A stretch of 13,864 nucleotides of DNA from Promethearchaeota archaeon (GTDB taxonomy: Archaea; Asgardarchaeota; Lokiarchaeia; Sigyniarchaeales; SOKP01): assembly GCA_016839745.1 (NCBI GenBank), contig JAEOTS010000155.1:1-13864 (forward strand), read 5' to 3'. Positions 6,739 through 13,864 of this stretch are shown here, piece by piece. A program made the translations under genes and the position numbers. The first letter of the stretch is position 1. Each line of letters starts with the position of its first letter. The notes beneath the pieces were generated by a model. That model saw nothing but the letters and a program-made list of their open reading frames with translations, was not told the origin of the DNA and made no database searches.

Positions 6739-9711
6739 ATGAGTTATTCTTTTAGTCGAACTAAATTAATTGAAAAAATAAAATTCGGACTACTTAGTCC
6801 CGATGAAATTAGAAAGATGTCTGCTGCTAGAATTATAACAGCGGATACTTATGACGAAGATGGTCTACCAATCCCAAGTGGGCTTATGGATCAACGTTTA
6901 GGAACTATTGAGCCTGGTCAGAGATGTCAGACATGTGGAAATCTTGTTAGTAACTGCATGGGGCATTTTGGTCACATTGAACTCGCCCGTCCTGTTATTC
7001 ATGTTGGTTACGCCAAAAAAGTCTTAAAGGTTTTAAGAAGTATATGCCCCGAATGCTCAAGATTGATGCTAACGGAAGAAGAAATGGATAATTTTAGGGA
7101 TGAACAATTAAAACACCGAAGGATTTTCCTCGAAGGGGATGAAGATGCGACCAAAATTGTTTTTAAACAAGCAAGAAAAAGTAAAATTTGTCCATATTGC
7201 GGGGCGAAAAAGAAGAAAATTGTTATCGAAAAACCTACTACTTTTTATGAGGAAGAGGAAGCTAAAGGTTCTAGGAGAATTACTCCAATAGAGATTTTAG
7301 AGCGCCTTATAAAAATGACTGATAATGATCTAAGAATTCTTGGAGTATCTCCTGAAAATGCAAGACTTGAATGGGTTATTTTTACAGTATTGCCGATTCC
7401 ACCTGTATGTGCTAGACCATCTATTACATTAGATAGTGGAATTAGATCCGAAGATGATTTAACTCACAAATTAGTAGATGTTATCCGCATTAATCAAAGA
7501 TTAAGAGAAAATATCGACGCTGGTGCTCCTCACTTAATTGTTGAAGATTTATGGGAATTACTTCAATATCACATAACTACTTATTTTGATAACCAAGTGT
7601 CTGGAATTCCTCCAGCACGACATCGCTCTGGAAGAGCGTTGAGAACGCTAACGCAAAGATTAAAAGGGAAAGAGGGGAGGTTTAGAAGTAATTTAAGCGG
7701 GAAAAGGGTTGATTTTTCGGCGCGTTCAGTAATTTCACCAAATCCTTTTATTAGTATTAATGATGTTGGTGTGCCTATTGAAATCGCAAAAATCCTAACT
7801 ATTCCTACAAATATTAATGATTGGAATATTGAAGAGATGAAACAGCTAGTTTTAAACGGACCATTTAATCATCCTGGAGCTAATTACATTATTAGAACCG
7901 ATCGACGAAGAATAGACTTGCGTTATGTTAAAAATCGCCAAATAATATCTGAAATGCTTGCTCCTGGATATACTGTTGAACGACATTTAGCTAATGGTGA
8001 TTTAGTTTTGTTTAATCGACAACCATCCCTTCATAGAATGTCAATTATGGCTCACGAAGTTAAAATCATGGATGGTAGGACCTTCAGATTGAATTTAACG
8101 GTTTGTCCTCCTTATAACGCTGATTTCGATGGTGATGAAATGAATTTGCATGTCCCACAAAGTGAAGAAGCTCGAACTGAGGCCGAGTTACTTCTTAAAG
8201 TTCAAAATCATATATTATCTCCGAGATTTGGAGGTCCAATTCTAGGAGGAATTCAAGATTTTATTTCTTCTGTTTTTCAATTTACAAGTTTGGATTCATT
8301 ATATAATAGAAAAGACGCTTTAAAGCTATTATACTTAGGGGATGTTTTTAATTCTAAACCCAACTTTAGTTTAGATGATATAATTCCCGTAAAAACCGAT
8401 CCTGAACCCTATTATTCAGGAAAACAAATTTTTAGTACTCTTTTTCCAGATGATTTGAATATTAAGGTAAAATCAAAATTTTGTAAGAAATGCGAAGTAT
8501 GTAAGGAAGAGGGTTGTGAATATGATGCATATGTTGTCATTAAAAACGGTATATTAATAACTGGAACAATAGACGAAAACTCATTTGGAGCTATGCAATC
8601 TAATAGTATTTTACAAAGAATAATAAAAGATCATGGCAACGCACTGGGAAGACAATTTTTAGATAATTCAACAAGAATGTTATTGTATGTTATTCGGCAA
8701 AATGGAATGACAATGGGTTTAGATGAAGTTTATGTTCATGGAGAAGCTTATGATAAAATCCAGCAAATATTGAAAGACGCCGACGATGAAGCTGATAAAT
8801 TAATCAAAGCGTTTAACGAAAACGACATCACAATCTTGAGACGAGCCCCCGGACGTTCAATGCGCGAAACACTTGAATTAAGGATTCGACAAGTGCTCGC
8901 AGAAGCTCGTAAAATGGCTGAGGAAACTGCTGCGCACCATATAGGAGACGAAGCTCATTCTGTAATAATGACTAAGTCTGGAGCAAGAGGTAATATTTTA
9001 AATCTGGGACAGATGTCAGCTGTTGTTGGTCAACAGGCGATAAGAGGTGAAAGAATCAACAGAGGTTATAGTTCAAGAACACTTCCACATTTCAAAGTAA
9101 ATGATTTAACTCCTCAAGCTCGTGGATTTGTTGAGAGTTCTTATCGAAAGGGCTTAAATCCCGAGGAATTCTTTTTCCATGCCATGGGCGGAAGAGAAGG
9201 ACTCGTAGATACTGCTGTTCGTACATCTACTAGTGGATACATGCAGAGACGGTTAGTAAACGCTTTACAAGATATGATAATAGAAAATGATGGAACCGTC
9301 AGAAATAGCGATAAAAATATCATTCAATTTCGCTATGGCGATGATGGTATAGACCCAATGCATACAGATCATTCTGATGCCGTAAATCTTGAAGTGTTAC
9401 TACTTAAGGCTAAAGCACTTGATTTAAATGAAATTCGGGAAGAAATTAAAAAAACTCCTAAACCAAAACCCACAGCAAAAAAACCCGTAGCAAAAAAACC
9501 CGAAGTAAAAAAACCCGAAGTAAAAAAACCTGCAACAAAAAAAACAGTAAAAAAAGACCCTACAAAAAAACCTAAACAAGAAGAAAGAGATCAAGCTCTA
9601 AGTGAAGAAGACTTGAGAGAATTATACAACAAAGAGACCGGAAAGAACGCGGAATGGAGAGGAAAACTCACAAAAGGGTATCTTGAATGGAAAGAAGAAA
9701 AATTGGGATGA
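6739..9711 (+). CDS. rpoA1: DNA-directed RNA polymerase subunit A' (Rpo1N) with C-terminal extension
   Basis: CQTC...CMGHFGHIELA Zn site, RLKGKEGRFRSNLSGKRVDFSARSVISP, FNRQPSLHRMS, catalytic NADFDGD (8116-8136), bridge helix GREGLVDTAVRTSTSGYMQRRL, YGDDGIDP. Confidence 0.99.
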   Translation: MSYSFSRTKLIEKIKFGLLSPDEIRKMSAARIITADTYDEDGLPIPSGLMDQRLGTIEPGQRCQTCGNLVSNCMGHFGHIELARPVIHVGYAKKVLKVLRSICPECSRLMLTEEEMDNFRDEQLKHRRIFLEGDEDATKIVFKQARKSKICPYCGAKKKKIVIEKPTTFYEEEEAKGSRRITPIEILERLIKMTDNDLRILGVSPENARLEWVIFTVLPIPPVCARPSITLDSGIRSEDDLTHKLVDVIRINQRLRENIDAGAPHLIVEDLWELLQYHITTYFDNQVSGIPPARHRSGRALRTLTQRLKGKEGRFRSNLSGKRVDFSARSVISPNPFISINDVGVPIEIAKILTIPTNINDWNIEEMKQLVLNGPFNHPGANYIIRTDRRRIDLRYVKNRQIISEMLAPGYTVERHLANGDLVLFNRQPSLHRMSIMAHEVKIMDGRTFRLNLTVCPPYNADFDGDEMNLHVPQSEEARTEAELLLKVQNHILSPRFGGPILGGIQDFISSVFQFTSLDSLYNRKDALKLLYLGDVFNSKPNFSLDDIIPVKTDPEPYYSGKQIFSTLFPDDLNIKVKSKFCKKCEVCKEEGCEYDAYVVIKNGILITGTIDENSFGAMQSNSILQRIIKDHGNALGRQFLDNSTRMLLYVIRQNGMTMGLDEVYVHGEAYDKIQQILKDADDEADKLIKAFNENDITILRRAPGRSMRETLELRIRQVLAEARKMAEETAAHHIGDEAHSVIMTKSGARGNILNLGQMSAVVGQQAIRGERINRGYSSRTLPHFKVNDLTPQARGFVESSYRKGLNPEEFFFHAMGGREGLVDTAVRTSTSGYMQRRLVNALQDMIIENDGTVRNSDKNIIQFRYGDDGIDPMHTDHSDAVNLEVLLLKAKALDLNEIREEIKKTPKPKPTAKKPVAKKPEVKKPEVKKPATKKTVKKDPTKKPKQEERDQALSEEDLRELYNKETGKNAEWRGKLTKGYLEWKEEKLG
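9463..9537 (+). repeat. Five tandem 15-bp units encoding (K/P)KPxx pentapeptides
   Basis: ccaaaacccacagca / aaaaaacccgtagca / aaaaaacccgaagta / aaaaaacccgaagta / aaaaaacctgcaaca. Degenerate units continue to about 9576. Confidence 0.9.
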
Positions 9712-9740
9712 ATTCTCAAAAAATTTTAAGGTCATAGAAA

Positions 9741-10937
9741 ATGGGAAAAATAACTCAAACAATATTGGAAAGAAACTTAAAGGAATTAGAAGAAGATGGT
9801 ATTCCTGAAGATCTTATCAAGAAAATAAGAAATCGCGTTAAAGATGAAGAATTAGAAGAAGAACAATTAGAATACCTCTTAAATAAGATTTATGTTAATT
9901 ATAATAATGCCGTTGTTGAAACGAACGAACCTGTAGGGACCGTTGCCGCTCAAAGTATTGGAGAGCCCGGAACTCAAATGACTCTGAGAACATTTCACTA
10001 TGCGGGAGTTGAAGAATTCTCCGTAACTCAAGGTCTTCCTAGACTCATAGAGATTGTCGATGCTCGAAGGTTCCCTAGCACACCTCAACAAACGATATAT
10101 TTAGAAGAACCTTACAATCAGAGTGAAGAAAAAGCAATTGAAGTTCATAAAAGAATTGAACAAATTCGTATTGAGCAAATTACCCACGATGTAGACTTGG
10201 ATTTTGTTAATTGGAACATCATAATCAATTTAATTCCCGATATTTGCGAAAAAAAGGGAATCGATATCGAAACAATTCCTGAAATTTTAAAAAGATACAA
10301 GAAAAAGGGAACGATCAAACGAGAAGGAAACTCTATAATTATTGATCCTCAAATTGAAGATCTTCAAAACCTTCAGAAGTTAAGAGAAAAGATCCTTAAA
10401 AAGGTTGTAAAAGGCGTACGAGGGATTAAAAGAGGTTTATTAACCCCAACTGATAATAAAAAGGAATGGGTTATTAAGACTGAAGGAACAAATATGCATG
10501 GAGTTGTTCAAATTGAAGGAGTTGATACTACTCGAACGGTTTCAAACCATATACACGAAATTGAAAAACTTTACGGTATCGAAGCTGCGAGAAATATGAT
10601 AATAAAGGAGTCCCAAAAAGTGTTAGAACAACAAGGATTAGATGTTGATCAAAGACACTTAATAATCTTGTCTGATTTGATGTGCGTGGAAGGCTCAATT
10701 CAATCAATCGGTAGACATGGAATATCAGGATCAAAGTCAAGTGTATTTGCCAGAGCAGCTTTTGAAGTAACTGTAAATCAATTATTAGACGCTGGTTTGT
10801 ATGGCGAGGAAGAGCGCTTGTTAGGAATTCCCGAGAATGTTATAATTGGGCAAGTAGTACCAATGGGGACAGGTCGTGTGAAAATTCAGTTCGATTTAGA
10901 TGCTAACCTCAAAATATTAAACCAATTAAAAAAATAA
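9741..10937 (+). CDS. rpoA2: DNA-directed RNA polymerase subunit A'' (Rpo1C)
   Basis: [28 protein letters not shown] (trigger loop), [40 protein letters not shown]...GTG. Confidence 0.99.
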   Translation: MGKITQTILERNLKELEEDGIPEDLIKKIRNRVKDEELEEEQLEYLLNKIYVNYNNAVVETNEPVGTVAAQSIGEPGTQMTLRTFHYAGVEEFSVTQGLPRLIEIVDARRFPSTPQQTIYLEEPYNQSEEKAIEVHKRIEQIRIEQITHDVDLDFVNWNIIINLIPDICEKKGIDIETIPEILKRYKKKGTIKREGNSIIIDPQIEDLQNLQKLREKILKKVVKGVRGIKRGLLTPTDNKKEWVIKTEGTNMHGVVQIEGVDTTRTVSNHIHEIEKLYGIEAARNMIIKESQKVLEQQGLDVDQRHLIILSDLMCVEGSIQSIGRHGISGSKSSVFARAAFEVTVNQLLDAGLYGEEERLLGIPENVIIGQVVPMGTGRVKIQFDLDANLKILNQLKK

Positions 10938-11075
10938 AAATTACATATAAAGCAGCTATATAACACGAAGTATAACCCTAACCAACGGTTTTAACGCTTC
11001 GTTAAGATAAAGAAAAAAAAATTAAATATAAAAGAAAAGCTTTTTTTAGTAATTAGCAAGAAATAGGAGATCAAG

Positions 11076-11092
11076 CGATAAAATTTTATATT
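11076..11092 (+). promoter_or_regulatory. Putative internal BRE-TATA promoter for rpl30e-nusA-rps12-rps7
   Basis: CGATAAAA-TTTTATATT about 63 nt upstream of ATG 11155, preceded by a T7 tract at 11041-11047 that could end the rpoA transcript. Confidence 0.55.
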
Positions 11093-11154
11093 ATTGTGTA
11101 TTTTAATAATCACGACATTTTTGAAATTTAAATCAGATATTGTAAGTTGAGACG

Positions 11155-11529
11155 ATGGCAAGGAAAAGTAAAAAGATAAGCGAATCAATCGATTTATCTC
11201 GAAAAAAAGTAAAGGAATTCGATGTTGACATTAATATTAAGGTTGCCTATAAAACAGGTAAAATGATATATGGTAAAACACAAGTCCTAAGACAAATTAG
11301 ACAAGACCCGTTTAAGATGGTTATTATCGCTAATAACTGCCCGGACGAATTAGAAACCCAATTGAAGTATTATAACTCTCTTATTAACAACAACATATTT
11401 ATACACAGATACAAGGGTTCCTCGTGGGAATTAGGATTAGCATTGGGCAAGCCATATATGATCTCTGTCATTGGAATAAATGATTTTGGAGATTCTGACT
11501 TAATGACTTTAAAAACTAAAAATAATTAA
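11155..11529 (+). CDS. rpl30e: Ribosomal protein eL30 (L30e)
   Basis: KTGKMIYG, VIIANNCP, YKGSSWELGLALGKPY, DFGDSDL; canonical position after rpoA2. Confidence 0.97.
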   Translation: MARKSKKISESIDLSRKKVKEFDVDINIKVAYKTGKMIYGKTQVLRQIRQDPFKMVIIANNCPDELETQLKYYNSLINNNIFIHRYKGSSWELGLALGKPYMISVIGINDFGDSDLMTLKTKNN

Positions 11530-11536
11530 TAACTAA

Positions 11537-12025
11537 GTGAAACCCAAATTGATGTTACGAAAAAATATCAGACTTGATAGGCAATCGATGGAACTAATGT
11601 CGCTTTTCAATAATATTTCTGGTGCGATTATAAAAGATTGCTTTATTTTTCAATCTCCAGAAAATAATTCTGATATAATTATATTCTTAGTGAAAAAAGA
11701 AGACGTAGGAAAGGCTATCGGTAAAGCAGGTGAACATGTAAAGGATCTTATGAATAAACTTCAAAAGAAAATAGATGTAATCCCTTGGTCTGAAAACCTT
11801 GGACAATTCATCCAGTTTATCTTAAACACCACAAAGAATTCGATTCAACTTCAAAACATAGAAATCAAAGAAAGTAGAAACGAAAAGAAAACGGTCATTA
11901 TTTCCGTAAGACCTCAAGATCGTGGAAAAGCTATTGGTAAAGAGGGTTCCATGATAAGAAAGATAAAAGAACTTGTTTTACGTCATTTTGAGGTTGATAA
12001 TGTTATAATCAACACTAAAAATTAA
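11537..12025 (+). CDS. nusA: Archaeal NusA (two KH domains)
   Basis: LFNNISGAIIKDC and two GKAIGKxG KH motifs; canonical position. The start is either GTG 11537 or ATG 11552. Confidence 0.96.
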   Translation: MKPKLMLRKNIRLDRQSMELMSLFNNISGAIIKDCFIFQSPENNSDIIIFLVKKEDVGKAIGKAGEHVKDLMNKLQKKIDVIPWSENLGQFIQFILNTTKNSIQLQNIEIKESRNEKKTVIISVRPQDRGKAIGKEGSMIRKIKELVLRHFEVDNVIINTKN

Positions 12026-12123
12026 GAATCTAATTTTCTAAATTCAAAAATTTTAAGTTCTAAGGAAGATAATAAGGTATATCTCAATAAGAGATATTCA
12101 AAAAATAAAAAAATTGAATTTTC

Positions 12124-12558
12124 ATGGCCAAACCTAAAGGACTCTACGCTGCAAGACAACTAAGAAATAACAGAAAGAAGCTTAGATGGAGCAAAACCAA
12201 ATATAAAAGAAAGAAGCTTAAATTAAAACAAAAAGTAGATCCAATGGAAGGTGCTCCTCAAGCTTTAGGGATCGTACTTCAAAAAGTAGGAAGAGAAAGT
12301 AAACAACCTAACTCTGCTATTCGAAAATGTGTCAGGGTTCAGTTAAAAAAGAATGGAAAAAGTATAACTGCTTTTCTTCCGGGAGACGGTGCTCTTAACT
12401 TCATTGAAGAACACGATAGAGTACTTGTGGAAGGGATCGGGGGAGCCAAAGGTCGTGCGGTAGGAGATCTTCCTGGTGTGCGATGGCGTGTAGTAATGGT
12501 AAACGGTGTAAGTTTACAAGCACTAATTGCAGGCAAGAAAGAGAAGCCAATGAGGTAG
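12124..12558 (+). CDS. rps12: Ribosomal protein uS12
   Basis: [38 protein letters not shown]. Confidence 0.99.
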   Translation: MAKPKGLYAARQLRNNRKKLRWSKTKYKRKKLKLKQKVDPMEGAPQALGIVLQKVGRESKQPNSAIRKCVRVQLKKNGKSITAFLPGDGALNFIEEHDRVLVEGIGGAKGRAVGDLPGVRWRVVMVNGVSLQALIAGKKEKPMR

Positions 12559-12568
12559 GTGTTGTAAT

Positions 12569-13186
12569 ATGAGTAAAGCAAAGAAAGATATTAAACTTTT
12601 TAATAAATGGTCATATCAAGATATTGAAGTTAAGGATTGGACCATAGAAAACTATATAAACTTAAAACCGGTTATAATTCCTCATACTGCAGGAAGGCAT
12701 GAGCACAAACGATTTTGGAAAACTTCTAAAATATCCATCATCGAGCGTTTTGTAAATAGATTACTAGCACCTGGATTTATTGGTAGTAAAATCAAAGGAC
12801 ATAAAAGCTCATATAGTTCAGGAAAGAAAAGTAAACTTTTAAGAAATATAGAGAATGCTTTTACGCTGCTAGAGTTAAATACAGGAGAGAATCCCATTCA
12901 AGTTTTAATAGACGCAATTTGTAATTCCGCGCCTAGAGAAGAAGTAACAAAAATTGCGATGGGGGGCATCAGTTACAGCTCTGCTGTAGACGTATCACCC
13001 CAACGTCGAATAGATTTAGCGATTAAGTATTTAGTTCAAGCTATTGGTTCAAGTTCTCACTCAGGCGAAAGAGCGTTTGCCGAGAACATTTCCAGAGAGC
13101 TAGCATTAGCAGCTCAAGACAACCTTGAATCTAAGGCTGTGAAAAGAAAAGACGAGATTGAAAGGATCGCTGTATCTGCACGTTAA
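12569..13186 (+). CDS. rps7: Ribosomal protein uS7
   Basis: LFNKWS, PHTAGRH, NPIQVL, APREE, VDVSPQRRID, terminal ERIAVSAR. An AGGTG SD overlaps the rps12 stop. Confidence 0.99.
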   Translation: MSKAKKDIKLFNKWSYQDIEVKDWTIENYINLKPVIIPHTAGRHEHKRFWKTSKISIIERFVNRLLAPGFIGSKIKGHKSSYSSGKKSKLLRNIENAFTLLELNTGENPIQVLIDAICNSAPREEVTKIAMGGISYSSAVDVSPQRRIDLAIKYLVQAIGSSSHSGERAFAENISRELALAAQDNLESKAVKRKDEIERIAVSAR

Positions 13187-13484
13187 AACTAATTTGTATT
13201 AACAACTAATTCACACTTAATTTATACTATTTTTCTCTATTTGTAATACAATAATAATTTTTTTTAAGTATTTAGCCAGAATAAAACTTAAAATGTAATT
13301 TTGGCATTAAAATAACGATAAAATACGCTAGAAAACACAAAAATTAGAAAATTTTGATTGTTATATCACCTACATATTATCTAATCTAATTTAGATATTG
13401 GAAAATTCCTAATTCTTATATATTTCTAAAATATAATATTAATTTAAGTAGAATTAATGATATTGAAGATTTCTTAAACAAAAA

Positions 13485-13864
13485 TTGAGTTCCGACAAAA
13501 ATCAAGATGTTTTAGAGAAACAACTTAAAACATTAGGTCAAAAAATAAGGATCGATATTTTAAAGAAACTAAACCTAAGTAGTAATCCCTTACCTTATTC
13601 ATCGCTACAAAAGGAAGTATTAGGAAATAATCCAAATGCTATTAATTTTTCATTTCATTTAAAAGCGTTAAAAAATAGCGTTTTAATAGAATCTTCAGAG
13701 GATGGATATATCCTAAGTACCATAGGGAAGCAAATTTTAAAAAATATTGTGTCAATCGAGCAAATCCTCAACGAAAAGAATAAAACAATAATGATCAGGA
13801 CTTCTAAATATTCGAAAGAGCCATTTGATACAACTAAAATTGAAGATTATTTGGTTAAAGAGGG
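13485..13864 (+). CDS. 5' part of a winged-HTH (ArsR-like) plus ATP-cone protein, probably NrdD (class III ribonucleotide reductase)-related; runs off the window
   Basis: Not in the ORF track. Hand translation from TTG 13485 (in-frame TGA at 13464) is open to the window end: MSSDKNQDVLEKQLKTLGQKIRIDILKKL...PLPYSSLQKEV...NFSFHLKALKNSVLIESSEDGYILSTIGKQIL...IMIRTSKYSKEPFDTTKIEDYLVKE. Confidence 0.75.
   Translation, partial: MSSDKNQDVLEKQLKTLGQKIRIDILKKLNLSSNPLPYSSLQKEVLGNNPNAINFSFHLKALKNSVLIESSEDGYILSTIGKQILKNIVSIEQILNEKNKTIMIRTSKYSKEPFDTTKIEDYLVKE

Noticed and set aside
8479-8520. CKKCEVCKEEGC cluster in RpoA' as a novel metal site
   Set aside because: A similar Cys cluster before YDAYVVI is a usual feature of many archaeal RpoA' proteins.
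9448-9576. Homology of the repeats to the Pol II YSPTSPS CTD
   Set aside because: The sequence differs (KKPxx, no Tyr or Ser) and so does the position. The CTD corresponds to the end of A'', which here ends without repeats.
9448-9743. Frameshift or TGA read-through fusing RpoA' to RpoA'' into a eukaryote-like single subunit
   Set aside because: rpoA2 is in the -1 frame relative to rpoA1, but that frame has stops at 9573-9575 (TAA) and 9735-9737 (TAG). Read-through of TGA 9709 stays in the wrong frame.
10973-10983. Telomere-like TAACCCTAACC
   Set aside because: Fewer than two full units; expected by chance.
1353-12897. Short ORFs antisense to real genes or in spacers (1353, 1916, 2041, 2636, 3524, 4334, 4840, 5113, 5584, 9141, 9879, 10528, 10991, 12339, 12682)
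   Set aside because: They are shadows of well-supported genes on the opposite strand, or low-complexity intergenic frames with no recognisable motifs.
13366-13381. NrdR-box-like CACCTACATATTAT upstream of the ATP-cone gene
   Set aside because: A single copy lacking the conserved G of the right half-site, in very AT-rich DNA, with no evidence for NrdR here.
1-13864. tRNA, rRNA, CRISPR arrays, inteins, transposases
   Set aside because: No cloverleaf-like GC-rich segments, spaced direct repeats, intein-sized insertions in rpoA1/rpoA2 or transposase motifs were seen by eye.

Overview
AT-rich archaeal DNA, most likely from an Asgard archaeon (Lokiarchaeia-like). This is inferred from the co-occurrence of an HMf-type histone, a Rab-like small GTPase and archaeal transcription/translation genes. 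The left part (1-6552) holds a histone, two hypothetical proteins on the minus strand (one with an 8-ligand Cys/His C-terminal domain), a Rab-like GTPase, an IlvC2-type ketol-acid reductoisomerase, and a minus-strand three-gene unit (membrane Zn-ribbon protein, acyl-CoA synthetase alpha-like subunit, EamA transporter). The right part (6739-13186) is rpoA1-rpoA2-rpl30e-nusA-rps12-rps7, with no rpoH/rpoB upstream and no EF-2 gene directly downstream. It is followed by a truncated ORF absent from the ORF track (winged HTH plus ATP-cone, probably NrdD-related). The most unusual signal is a ~96-aa C-terminal appendage on RpoA': a Lys/Pro pentapeptide-repeat linker ending in a small Trp/Tyr-rich domain. 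No tRNA, rRNA, CRISPR array or mobile element was seen.
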